Assembly: GCA_013239625.1 (NCBI GenBank)
Contig: MU053482.1
Span: 2,457,168 to 2,521,167 of the forward strand
Direction: 5' to 3'
Length of the DNA stretch: 64,000 bases
Source: Lama guanicoe
Lineage: Eukaryota
Shown: positions 11,775-62,635 of the stretch, one piece after another
Layout: each line of letters starts with the position of its first letter
Position numbering within the stretch: the stretch's first letter is position 1
Position numbers and translations under genes: made by a program
The notes under the pieces: generated by a model
The model's input: the letters and a program-made list of their open reading frames with translations, nothing else
What the model was told of the DNA's origin: nothing
The model's database searches: none

Positions 11775-12615
11775 AACCCATTTTGAGTTAATTTTTGTAT
11801 GTGGTGCTAGGTAGGGGTCCAACTTTATTTTTTTGTATGTGGATATCCAGTTGTCCAGCAGTGTTTGTTGAAAAAGATTATTCTTTTCCCATTGAATTAT
11901 TTTGGCACCCCTTTCAAAAACCAATTGACTGTAAATGTGAGACTTTATTTCTGAATTCAGTTCTATTCCACTGACCTATAGATCTGTCCTAATGCCAGTA
12001 CCACACTGGCTTGATTACTGTAGCTTTGTAGTAAGTTCTGAAATCAGGAATTGTGAGTCCTCCAACTTTGTTCTTCTTTTTCAACCTTGTTTTGGCTAAT
12101 CTGGGTCCCTTGAATTTCTGTATGAATTTTAGGATTCATTTATCAATTTCTGTGCAGTCAGATGGAATTCTGGTAGGAACTGCATTCAACCATAGATCAG
12201 TTTAGGGAGTATTGCCATCTTACCGATATTAAGTCTTCTGATCCATGAACATGCATGTCTGTTTATTTACATCTTCTTTAATTTCCTTCAGTGATGTTTG
12301 CGAGTCTTCAGAGTATGCATACGTATTACACTTTTGTTATGGATTCCCAAATGTTTTATTCTTTTGACACTACTATAAATGGAATTGTTTTATTAATTTC
12401 AGTTTGTTTATTGCTCCTACAGAGAAATACGATTTATTTTTGTATATTGATCTTGTATCCTGAAACTTTGCCAAGCTCATTTTTTAGGCCCAATAGTTTT
12501 TAGTAGACTCCTTTGGATTTTCTGTATACAAGATCATGTCCTCTGCAACTAGAGATAGTTTTACTTCCCCTTTCCAACATGAATGTCTTTTATTTCATCT
12601 TATTGCTTAACTGCT
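11775..12615 (-). mobile_element. L1 ORF2 fragment
   Basis: Minus-strand ORF 11703-11924 VFERGAKIIQWEKNNLF...LDPYLAPHTKINSKW is L1 ORF2-like. Confidence 0.88.
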
Positions 12616-13849
12616 ACAAACTTGTTTTCAAAAAGCATTTATCTGATAGACCCTTTTATCTTCAGCACACAGCAGTAACATGAGGCTAAGGTGCTCATTT
12701 TATATATGAGGAAAATGAGGAACAAGAAAGCACTGGGTATGTGGGGTCCACAGGATTCTAAGACTAAAACCTAGCTGCTTCACCTTCCCAGATTAAAGCC
12801 TGCCATTGAGGTTCAACAACCTTATTCTAAATAAAGAACTACCCATGAGAATCACCCACAACTGTGAATTCAGTAAATTGAAATCTGTTGCAAACAAAAC
12901 CAGGCACCAAATTTAATTAAACTTTCTGATTGCTTTTTACTACAAAGTTGTATAAATCCATGTGGTCTCATGATGCTAGAGGGTTAAGCTTAGCAAATTG
13001 CATAAAACCTGTGAATTACAGTGGTAGGCTGAGGTCACATAATTCCAGCTCTCACCAGAGGTGCTGCTAGATGCCAAAACTAAAATAAAGAGTCACAAAC
13101 GCAAAACCAGGACGTTACAAAGTCTTACAACATCTTGGCCAAGGGTATCTTTATTGGAAAGCCTGAGCCTACTGGAGTCTGTGTTTTGGTTCTTTGGTGT
13201 AACATCACTGAGAACAGTCACATTTTGGACAAGTGAAGCATAAGGATTCAAAGAGCTGCCTGGCCCATGACTGCACATAAGGGTAGAGACGGTATTGCTG
13301 ACCCTGGGCCAAAACTTACTAAGGACAGAGCAGGAGATCAGGAATCAAGAGTCTGAACCAAATGGAAAGCTGACACAGAGCTTGGTCTAGGGATGGCCTT
13401 GGCCCAGCTCTGGGGTCAGCATTCAAGCTCTCAAAACCAGGCTCTCAGCAATTAATCCTGCAGTTCCAAGGTTGCTGGAACTGTCCAGCTTATGAAGCTC
13501 AAGTTAAAGTTCAGACCCTATAAAAAGCCTCTTTCGGAAGTTGAGATTACTGCAACCCAGGCCTGAACAGAAGTGTTCAGGGCCTGCCCCACCCCCAAAG
13601 GAACAGCAGAGTCAGGGAAAGGGCAGGAAGGAACCTCAAGTTCCAAGGATTCTCTTGTGCCCAGCCAGTCCCACCTCCTACAGGGTCAGTGTGAGTAAAG
13701 GAAGTTCAAAAAAGCTCGAAGGTATCCTGCAGGTGAATGAGCCTGTGAACACAGATGTACACACCACCCCACACATTTAACTTGGCTAAAAGCACACGTC
13801 TGCGTATGAACTAAAGTGTGGACTATTCACCCCTATGGCCTAGGAGACA

Positions 13850-14780
13850 ACCTTGATGACTCCTCCTCACCCCGTATCCAACCCATCACCAGGTCCTATC
13901 AGTCTTGCCTCTGAGGCAACTCTGAAACTCCTTCCCTTCCTTCTAAGTCCACCAACCTTAGTCTAAGCTGCTCTTCTCTCCCCTTTGGCCACTAATTCTC
14001 TCCCCAAAATGCAAATCTGAATGTGTCAGATTTACCACCAGGAAACCCTTGCCTGACCTCTCAGGGCTTGAATGGTAAAGACAAAACTCCCTCAAAGTGG
14101 TCTCCATGGCCCAGTACAGTTGCGCTCCAGCAATCGCTCAGCCTCATTCCCACTACACTGCCCATCAGCCTCTGCTCCAGCTGCACAAACCCACCTTTGG
14201 GCCCTGTGTGCTATATGCTCCTCCCCACTACAGACACTTGGCATAAGGTTGATCCCTCTGCCTGAAAGTTTCTTCCCTCCCTCCCCAACTGTCCAGTTAA
14301 CTTCAACCTTCAGTCTCAGGGAAGTCCTCCTAACCTCCCTGACTGGGCCCCATCCCTTCACCTGGGCTGTCATAGCATTGAGTATCTTCATAGAACTTGT
14401 CACAGTTGCAACTTGACATTTGTGTGCTTTTTAAAAATTAATATCTATCTCTTCATTAGACCACAAAGTGCCTAAAGACAAGAATGACATATGTATTTAA
14501 ATCTTTTTATCATGGGAAGTTTCAAATGCACAGAAGTAGAGAAGTTGGTATAATGAACTTCCATGTACCTCACCCAGCTTCAGCAATTAAAAATTCACAG
14601 CCAACCTTATTTCCCCTACACTCCCACCCACTCCCCTTAACCTTAGATTATTTTGAAGGAATGTACTTTACTGTATAGGATTTGCTCACCATTGCTTCTT
14701 AAGTGCCTAGAATGGTGGCTGGCACATAATTGGGACTCAGTAAATATTTGTTGGATAAATGAATGGAAAAGTGAATGAAA
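13850..14780 (+). mobile_element. L2 remnant interrupted by a minus-strand L1 3' fragment (~14495-14660)
   Basis: L2 3' end gcctagaatggtggctggcacataattgggactcagtaaatatttgttggataaatgaatg. Confidence 0.7.
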
Positions 14781-15044
14781 ATACCCTCTGTTGTTTTAAG
14801 GGTCAGGCCAGAAGACTGGACCATGCCAACCCACTGGACCATCTGTGAACAAGACCCTTCTCTCAGTGTGCAGAGCAGCAGCAAGCCCACACAGAGCTAA
14901 GAGAGTATCTGATCAGCAGAGATGTCAAGGTGTTGTCTAAATCTTTAAATTGGAATCAAACCACAAAAAGCATGACCTGTGTCAGAGCACCTATTTCCTC
15001 CAAGATGGGTGTTATGTTCACAATGGAAGGAAAACTACCCAAGA

Positions 15045-15530
15045 CCTCTCACACTGGAAGAGCATAGCAGGTACCTCAGATTACTGACTTAGAAAAACCA
15101 ACATCAAGGTGTATTTTATTAAAATTACTTAACTTTAAAGAAAAAGGGAAAATCCTTTAAGTATTTAGGCAAAAAAAAAATCATGTGACTTTAAAAAGAA
15201 ACAAAATGATCACTGGAATTTTGACAGTAACACCTCATGTCAGAGACAGAGTAATGTATTTCAGATATCCAAGGAGAGAAAATGTGAGCCAAGGATTTAA
15301 TATCCAGCAAAACTGATCTTCAAGTAAAATATGGAAGAGCTCTGGGAATAATATGAATGAGCCCTATGGATACTTCCTAAGGAATTTATTAAAGAATAAG
15401 TGTCAGACAACCAAGTGACTTAAGAACATCAACATAAGGCCTAGTGAGGAGCATTAAATATATGGTTGCTTATAGAACTAACAGTAAATGAAGGTTATAA
15501 GGTAGAGCATTTAGTTTATGGCCATAAAGA
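15045..15530 (+). mobile_element. Old L1 ORF1-region remnant
   Basis: gagaaaatgtgagccaaggatttaatatccagcaaaactgatcttcaagta matches an L1 ORF1 C-terminal motif. Confidence 0.65.
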
Positions 15531-15544
15531 TGTGACACTCAGAG

Positions 15545-18500
15545 CTCCTTCAAGGGAACCTTGAATCTGGGAGCATAGTTGATGTATTATCTGAGGTCAG
15601 AAGACCCACCAGATGGTTATGTTCCATGAGAGGGCCTGCTGGAAACACCATCCCCCAAGGCATCATGAATGCCCCGGTGAGGAGGATACCAGCTCCACAA
15701 AGACAGTCAGTGACGGTTCTCCTGCAGGGCAGGGTTGACAGAGAGGCAGCCACAGAGATGGCTCAGAAACGCCATGGAAATGATGAGGCACCCAAAGCAA
15801 CAGAGGCCAGGTGGTGGAGCTTAACCTCCAGGTGCCAGGAGGTCACTCCTTAAAGCTTTGCAAGGTTGGAAAGGTAGTTAAGGAAGCCTGACCAGCAGGG
15901 ACTTATGAAGATGGTTAATAGAACATGAGTCTATGGCAGCCAAACAGCCAACAGGGGAGCTGCTTAACATCTACAACTAGAAGAAGGCAAAGATGGAGGA
16001 GCAGAGGGTGATCACCTATATAGAAAGTCACGATCCTTTGCTCAGTTCCCAGATCTGAGCCAATATTTCGATCCAGAACCCATCAACTGAAGATAAAGCC
16101 AGTCACTAAGACCCAGTGACATGTATATACTATAAAGATTCCTCCAGGAGTCTAGAAATAACCTATGGCCATTTACCCAGGTGACTGTACACTGGGGAAA
16201 GGGTATTTCAAGGACTATTGGACAGAGAATCTGAGCTGACATTAACACACAGAGACCATCATGCCTCTCCCTAACTTCCCTATCAGAGTGGGGACTTCCA
16301 GGGCTGGGTAGTAAATAGAGTACTGACTAAAGCACAATTTCAGTCCACTGGTTCAACAGATCCACCCAAGTGTAATACCCAAGTTCCCCAAGTGTATAAT
16401 TGGAATTGATACATTTGACAATTAGAGTAACCCCAACATTGAGTCCTTAGCCCAGGGAATCAGGAAAATCAGTAGTGGGGGAAACTAAATAGAAGTGTCT
16501 AAAATTGCTCCCTGCCCCCTCCTAGCCAAGATATTAAAATTTAAAAACAATATCACAATCTGTAGTGGAGGAAGCTGGCAGAGATTAATGCCACCACTAA
16601 AGACCTAAAGGATGCAGGGGTGGTGGTTCCTACTATGACTCAATTTAATTCACTGGTCTGGGCCCTGGAATACCAGATGGATCCTGGAGAAAGACTGTAG
16701 GCCACCACAGTTCAGCCAAGTTGTAGCCCTAATAGGAACTGTTGTGCCAGATACACTTGCTAGAGCAGACCGGTCAGGCTTCAGATATGACTCAGTATGA
16801 GGCCACTGAGTTGGTGAATGTGGTCTTCTCTATCCATCTGAACAAGAGGATCAGAAACAGTTCACACTCACGTGGAACAGACAATAATATTCATTTACAC
16901 TTTTCTCCCAGAACCAGGTTAAGTCTCTTGCCTTCAGTCATAATACAGTCCAAAGAGATCTGGACCATATGGACATCCCACAGAATATCACACAGACCCA
17001 TCACATTGACTGCATCATAGTGACTGAGTGGGAAAAGCAAGAGGTGGCTAGTTTATTGGAGATTTTAAGACACACGTGCTCCAGAAGATGGGTGATAAAC
17101 CCTATGAAGACTTATGGACCTGCCACCTCAGTGAAGCTTTTAGGTGTCCAGTGGTCACAGGTGTGCCAAAATATCCCCTTCAAATTAAAAGACAGATTGA
17201 TGTCACTTGCATCCTCTGCCACAAAGGACACACAGCACTTGAAAGGCCTCTTTGAGTTCTGGAGGTCACCCATTCCACACCTAGGAACTCTTCTCTTGTG
17301 ACACAAAAAGTGTCAGCTTTGAGTGGGGCCCGGAGCAGGAGAGGGCTCTGCAAGAGGTCCAGACTGCTAGCAAATAGCCTGTCATTTGGGTCATGCATTC
17401 CTGCTGGCTCTACAGTGTTGGCAGTGTCAATGATGGGTAAAGAAGCAATGCAGAGCTCATTGCAAGCCCCAGGGAAAGGATCACAAAGTAGGCCCATGGG
17501 ATTCTGGAGCAACATTATGCCACCTACAGCAAAGAATTATATACCTCTTGAGAAACAGCTCCTGGCATGTGACCAGGCCCTGGTTTAGATGAAATGCTTG
17601 ACTGTGAGCATCAAGTAAAAATACACTAAGAACTTCCTGTTATGAACTGTCAGACTGGCCAAGTCATAAAGTCAGGTGCAGCCAGCAGTAGTTCATTGTA
17701 AGATGAAAATGGTAACCTCACTTGGTTTGCTGATGGGTCAGCTTGGTATGTGGGTGGAAGCCAAAAAGGACAGTGGTTGCATGATAGTCACATTCAGGAG
17801 CTGCCTTGAAAGGCAGTGGGAAGCAATGGAGATCAAGGGGAAATCTTCCCAATGAGCTGCAAATGGTGCCCCTGCTTATAGAAGCAGAGCAATACACAGG
17901 AGGCTAGATACACATACATTCCCAGGCAGTGGCCAGTGGTCTAGCCGGCTTAGTTAGGGGACTGGAAGGAAAGGGTCTGGAGGACTGGGGACAAGAAAGT
18001 TTGGGGTAGGAGACATGCGGGAGGACATTTAGAAGTAGCTGGCAGTTATAGAGATTTTGGTGTCACACTCATGAGCACCCAGCAGACAGCATCCACCACA
18101 GAAAAAAACTGAACTAAGCAGATTAAGACTCAGCCACTTTGTCACTGGCCATCCTGGAACTGGCACAATAAGCACATGAATAGAGTTGGTCACAGGACAG
18201 AGATGGAGTGTAGGCATAGGCCCACCAGCACAGATTCCCACATACCAAAGCTAATTCAGCTACTGCTGCTTCTCAGTGTCCAGTCTGCCCACGAAAGAGA
18301 CCAATCCTGAGCTCCAGATTTGGCACCATTCCTTGAGGAAACCACTGGCCACTTGGTGGCAAATCAACTGTATCAGACCCCTTCCTTCCTGGGAAGGCCA
18401 CCAGTTGATCTACAGGGATAGAGATGTATCCTGGAAATAGGTTTGCCTTTTCTGCCCACAGAACCTCAGCCAGCACCAATATCCAGAAGCTTAGAGAGTA

Positions 18501-19145
18501 CCTGATCCTCAGGTATGGAATTCCAACCAGCATAGTATCCAACCAGCATATGCACTTCACAGTTAAGGAAGTTAGAAAGTGGGCCCATGACATTAGGATC
18601 TACTGGTGATTTATAGATATAGATTTTTTTTATTGCACCACCCAGAAGCTACCAACATCTAAGAGCACTGGAATGGCCTATTGAGGGCACAATGGAAGCA
18701 CTACCTTCAAAATCTGAAGCAATAATCTGCAAGGGTGGGGTACCATCCTTCAGGATCTGGTATATGCATTAAATCAGAGACTTTTATGTTGTGCTGTGTC
18801 CCTAAGGAATAACACATGGGTCCAGGAACCAAGGGGCAGGAGGAGTGCACACACTCATCATCACTTCCACACTTATCATCACTTCCAAGGACCTGTTGAG
18901 GGACATTGTGCTTCCAGTTTCTGCAACTCTGGGTTCTGTGGGTTGGAAGTACTGATCTCCAAAGAAGGCACACTCTCCCCAGGGAACACAGAACTCATTC
19001 TGTAGGTCCTGGTACATTGAACTACAAGCCCAGCTGCCACCAGGGCACTTTGCACTCTGTGTCTGAGGACCAGCAGACAAGAGAGGAGTCACCATGCTGG
19101 CAGAGATAATGGAGCCTAAACAGCAAGAGGTGGCAGGGCTGCCTG
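15545..19145 (+). mobile_element. Decayed ERV-L (class III) internal region: gag, protease, RT, RNase H, integrase, dUTPase
   Basis: Protease GLLDRESELTL (16212); RT PDGSWRKTV (~16675) and HHIDCII...GPATSVKLLGVQW...GLFEFWRSPIPHLG (16969-17301); RNase H WFADGSA (~17722); integrase CPVC (~18277) and RYGIPTSIVSNQHMHFTVKEVRKWAH (18424-18609); dUTPase GLEVLISKEGTLSPGNT (~18940). Many stops and frameshifts. Confidence 0.92.
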
Positions 19146-19149
19146 GCTA

Positions 19150-20180
19150 AAACATATGCGAAACCAAGGGCTTCTCAGAGAAATAGCTGATTCCAAGTTT
19201 AGGACACCGAATGTACAAGAAGAGCTTGGGATATCTTGAAATCCCAGAGAGCAACACCAGGATCACGGCAAACAACTCAGGAGCCAGCTTGAAGAGGCAT
19301 CCAACAGCCAAGACAGGACAATAAAAATAAAAATTACAATGAAATAAAACCCATCAGATGTTTAAATTCATGAGTTCATAATATTTTTTAAAAATAGCCA
19401 CCTTCTGAGGAAAGCAGGGAACTAGTCCAGTTCATTATCTTAAAAGTTGAGTAAATAAAAGGAAAGGATTAAGCACTTACCCTGCCTTTCCTACATAAAC
19501 TCTGCTGAGAAATCATACAGACAAGGGACAGTATCTCCTTATAAAATTATTCCATCTAATAAATGAAAACAAAAAGATAAAATACCCCCCTGTTGCAACC
19601 CCCAGAGAATTACATACCAGATGTAGGTGTTGAGCATCAGTGCTGCTAACAGCAGCAAAAGTGGACACCAGACACAATGTGCCTCCTGGAAAGTGAGAAC
19701 CCATCACCTAGAGTCTCATCAGAGGGATCTAACCTGAGATGAACCAGGTCTCTGGCTCTAGCTGCTGATTTGCAGGAAGGGCAGAGAATAAAGGAGCACA
19801 ATGAACTGCACCCACAGGTGTGAAACTAGCAAAATCCAGGCTGTGGAAAACTACAGATCAAATGGCCCAGGATCCTCAACAGAGAAACTGTAAGGAAAAG
19901 AAAGGGGTAGAGATTTAGATTAAAGATTAATCCTTTAGATTGAGATGTATCAACTTATTTTAAAAAGGCAGTAAGACTAACCTATAGTGTGTAGGGACAA
20001 ACACTTGGGTGATAAAGAAACTTAAGAAGTGGTTACTGTAAAGGTCAAGAAGTTGGAAGGAGGGAGGAAGCTGGGCCTGGGTTGGGGAATCGGGGAGGCT
20101 GGTAAAGCTCTATTCCTGACCTGGGTAGTGGTTAGAAGGGTGCTTGCTACACAACCATTCACTGAGTTCATTTGCTTGCT
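19150..20180 (+). mobile_element. Old L1 (L1MC/MD-type) 3' UTR remnant
   Basis: gagaaatagctgattccaag...aatgtacaagaagagcttggg; ends with tattcctgacctgggtagtggttagaagggtg. Confidence 0.65.
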
Positions 20181-21459
20181 TGTTTACTGACTGGTCTCTA
20201 AAATCTCAGCATCTAAGAAGCACTGAGTTAGAGAAGGTGCAGAAGCTGAGGCAGAAAGGGCTGCTTGCTGAGCAAACTGAATGCACTTGATCTACCCAGA
20301 GCTGCTGGAGAGGCAGACAACTCAAGGGTCCTTGAAACACTGAGTTATACCGAACATGTTTGTTCTCTTACATCATGTCATTCTAAAAAGGATTTGCGGC
20401 AGATTTTAAAACAAAACACAGTGGGAAGTGAGACATTTAGAGTACAATCAGCTGTTGGAAGTTGACAGATAGATGGTTCCAGGAGAGCCCTGATTTATAA
20501 AACATGATTCACACTTACCTTCTCAGAAGTGTCTGCTGGAAAGGGTGTTGCTTCTTCACTGCTTTTGGCTGACCGAGGCTGCTAGCACCCTCCACTGAGG
20601 CAAATAACCAAATGCTGGGTGCTGTACACCCACCACACAGAGCCGGAACCCGCCGGATGGTTGTGTAAGTTAGACCCATCACCACATCCAGGAAGTAAAT
20701 TTAATTCTAACTGGCTCAGGTAATCAGCACCTAAAAGCAGAAGATAGAGAAGTACTCCCAGGTTTCCCAAATGACACTCCTCTTCTTGCTCCTATGATGT
20801 ACGTGGCCCTCTCATGGGTGAGTCTGCTGTGCTGTAGACCATACACTTTGGTTACGAGCATGTGTCGCCAGTAACTTGTTCAGGCCACGTGCTGCACTGG
20901 GGACATGGAGGTGTCACGTCTCAGCCCAGCAGTTGTGCTCTGACCACAGGTGCCCGCATCTCAAGTCAGATAAGGAGGGCCCAGGGCAGCAGTAGCATTT
21001 TTCCCAGGTGTTAATATGCACAAGGAATGCCACACACAGGAGCCGTGGCTCTGGGTTTTGTGCCTGTAGCATGTGTTCGTCCATTCACTCAGTCCACATC
21101 TACTGAGAACCAGCAATGTTCAAGGCCCTGGGATACCTGTCAGCCTTTTCCTTGTCACCCACCCTGTAGATGTGGGGCCCACAAATCTGCTCTCTGCCTA
21201 GTCTCGGACTGGACGCTAGCACTAGACGTCCCCAAGCTTCACGATCTGGCAGGCACCCTCCCGTCTCCATGCCTTTGCCCATGCTGTTCGCTCAACATGC
21301 AATGTCCACTCTTCCGACAATCCTCCATCCTAAGCACAACTCATCGTGGTCAATATCTTCCCTGGTGTCATACTCCACTGGAGCACTTACCTCTGAGCCC
21401 CTCGAGGATGGATCTAGGTCTCAGTCAAGAACCAGGACAGGGCTTGATACAATAGGGTA

Positions 21460-22650
21460 ATAACAACAACCAACATTTACACACACTTGACCCTGTTCCA
21501 GGCATATATGAGAGTCATTTAGTCCTTACAACAAGACTATGAGGCAGCCACAATTATTATCATTCCCATTTCATCAATGGTGAGTAAACTGAGGTTCAGC
21601 AAAGTTACATAGCTTGCTCTGGGTCCCTGTAGCAAAGCAAGGATTCAACCAAAAAAAAAAACAAAAAACAAAAAAGACTAGCTCCACAGTCTGTAATGTT
21701 AACCACTGCCAATGAATTCAAATGAATTCATGTGTTCCACAGATACCTACTAGATACACCCCATGTATCAGTTACTACTTTGTGAACAAAGTGGACTGGG
21801 TTCCTCCCTCATAAAACTTACATTTAGAACTAGCAAATAATTCATATAATGATTGTAGATGTTGGGAAGAAAAATAAAGCAGAATAGAGGCTAAAAAGTG
21901 ATTTGATAGAGTGGTCAGGATAGGTTTGAGGACATCTGAACAGAGACACCTGAATCAAATAAAGGAGTAGTTGTCAATAGAAAGGCTTGGAGTTAGATAG
22001 TTCTGATAACTGCAAACTACTTATATGCTGTATGTAGCCATGGGCAAGTGTGACGAAACTTCTCTGAACTTCAATTTCCTCACCTATAAACCGGGGATAA
22101 TCTAAACTTCCCCTGCAGACCTGTGAGGAAAAGGGAGAGGTATGTGTGTAAAACATCCGGCTTGAGGTCATCTCTGTCCTAGGCCTACAATATACATATG
22201 CTCCAGAGGCCCTGCCTGCCTGCCTCCCCAACTTCCAAAGAACCCAGGAGGCTCCCGTGGCCCACGCACACCCCCTGCCGGCAGGATATTGCACTGCAGC
22301 TGTCCCAGTCCCTTTCCTCACCTCTTCAAAAAGCCTTCCCTGAGCACTGCCAGTCACCAGGGAGGGATATGAACAGGAGGCCGTCTCACTCTCTAGGTGC
22401 TAAGTCTCGAGAGTGGGCCCAACGTGAAAGGAGACAATGACTCCCCAGAGAGGAAGTCCTAGCGTCTGAGAAACTACAGGAGCACAATGAGGGGACAATT
22501 AACCGTACCCAAGGGGAGTTAGTAGGTGACTCCTAAAGTAAGCCCTGAACAATGAACAGAAGTGGACATGAGGGGAGGCATTCCAGGCAGAGGGAACACA
22601 ACATGCAAAATCAGGGAAGCATAGAAGAGGACATTGGCTTGAGGTGCTGC
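21460..22650. mobile_element. Cluster of MIR (21460-21710 minus, 21985-22160 plus) and L2 (about 21730-21980 and 22350-22650, minus) remnants
   Basis: MIR cores aaactgaggttcagcaaagtta and tttcctcacctataaacc; L2 motif gcattccaggcagagggaaca. Confidence 0.65.
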
Positions 22651-23159
22651 ACTTGATCGTGTCACATTTCCTGAGCTTCTTGCCAAAGCAGCTTGGTTCA
22701 AGAACAAAACCAAAGGAAAGTGATTCCCAGGGCCCTCATAAAGCTAGATCACCTGCCATCCTTGGAAAAAGCAAATCTTTTCCTCAAGAAAAAGCTTTAT
22801 TTCCTGAGGGCACACAGGGCTTCATGTGCCCTGTGTTCCCACAACTAGTCTTTCTTACCCTTGAAGAAATGGCCCATCCTGTCTCGGTCAAGTGACGACC
22901 TCTGTAACCTTGGCCAGTTCTTTTCTCCGCTGTGCCTTGGCCTCCTCCTCCGTGTAGTGGGAAATTAAACCTTGTCTGCATCCCTCCTGAACAGCCATGA
23001 AAGCTCCTGGCACTGCAGTGGGTAGGACCCAGGTGACGTGAGCCCCTCTGGGCAGTCCTGTGGAGGGGACATGACACTACAGCCCGGTCCTCTGAGACGG
23101 ACCAAACTGCACCCTCTGCCGCCCACTGCTCACAAACCCCCATAAAAGTCAAGGACCCA

Positions 23160-24023
23160 CACAGTTTTGTTTCAGGTGTTTATTAAATGAGCCATACTGC
23201 AGCTGGTTTCTAAGTGCAAAACAACATAAATTTAACAATAATAACATAGCCAGTTAGACTGTGACAAGCTTTTTCTCTCCTTAAAAAAAGAAAAAGAAAG
23301 AAAAAAGAAAAAGACAGACTTAAAACACACAATGGAGGATTAAATAAATAATACTAAAAAAAAAAAAGGAAAACCTGTTAAAACATGCTTATGTTTACTT
23401 CTGTGCAACTGTGTGCCACGAGGAAACATGATTTTCTGCACGATGAAACATCCCAGCATGTCTCCTTTCCAAATAATACTGACAAAAAAAGAAAAGATGT
23501 GGGGCTGACTCATCAGTGCTTGTAGAGGCACTACTAAAAATCCCTTTGATTGGAGCCTGGGGCTTCCTGCTCAGCACACCTGTGTGTGGCCCGTGAAAGC
23601 CAAATATCCATAATAATGTTAACATAGAAAACATTAGTTTAAAAACAATGTGGAATGGCCTCATTAACGCTGCGGGGCGAGGAAGCAGAACTGCCCCGCA
23701 CGCGCTGCAGGCTCAGTCCAGGGAGGCCGCAGGCTGCAGCACTGGGCCACGGCCACGGCGAGGGAGGGCACCAGCTTCAAAATAAGCGGTACCAACCTCG
23801 TCTCCCTCTCCCTATCACTCTTTCACATGAAAGTGTGTAAAAAGCAAATCGGCAAATAAACTCTAAAATAGATTATTTATTCCAAAAATCCTCTACTTTT
23901 CTTTTTACAGTAAGTGTACATCTCCTCTCCATCTCCTGCACAACTCGCTTGAGTCCCTTTGGAAAGAAGGGTCAGAGCTGCAGGGCGAGTTTCTGGGTCC
24001 TGCTGCTAGCTGGTGCCGGGAGG
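23160..24023 (-). other. DENND5A: DENND5A 3' UTR (3' end approximate)
   Basis: Free of interspersed repeats and U-rich on the minus strand, running from the stop codon to just past an AATAAA that is followed by GU/U-rich sequence. Confidence 0.8.
23179..23184 (-). terminator. Polyadenylation signal AATAAA of DENND5A
   Basis: tttatt on + strand; downstream on the minus strand is ...ctgtgtgggtccttgacttttatgggggtttgtg (GU-rich element). Confidence 0.8.

Positions 24024-62635
<38,612 letters not shown>

Noticed and set aside
13519..13526. TATAAAAA followed by a 79 aa ORF (13541-13780)
   Set aside because: The ORF starts at TTG, has no recognisable homology, and an isolated TATA match is expected by chance.
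16969..18609. RT- and integrase-like ORFs as a possible domesticated retroviral gene
   Set aside because: Short fragments separated by stops and frameshifts, with catalytic residues lost.
21027..21460. 142 aa and 96 aa plus-strand ORFs
   Set aside because: No domain resemblance or exon structure; partly L2-like sequence.
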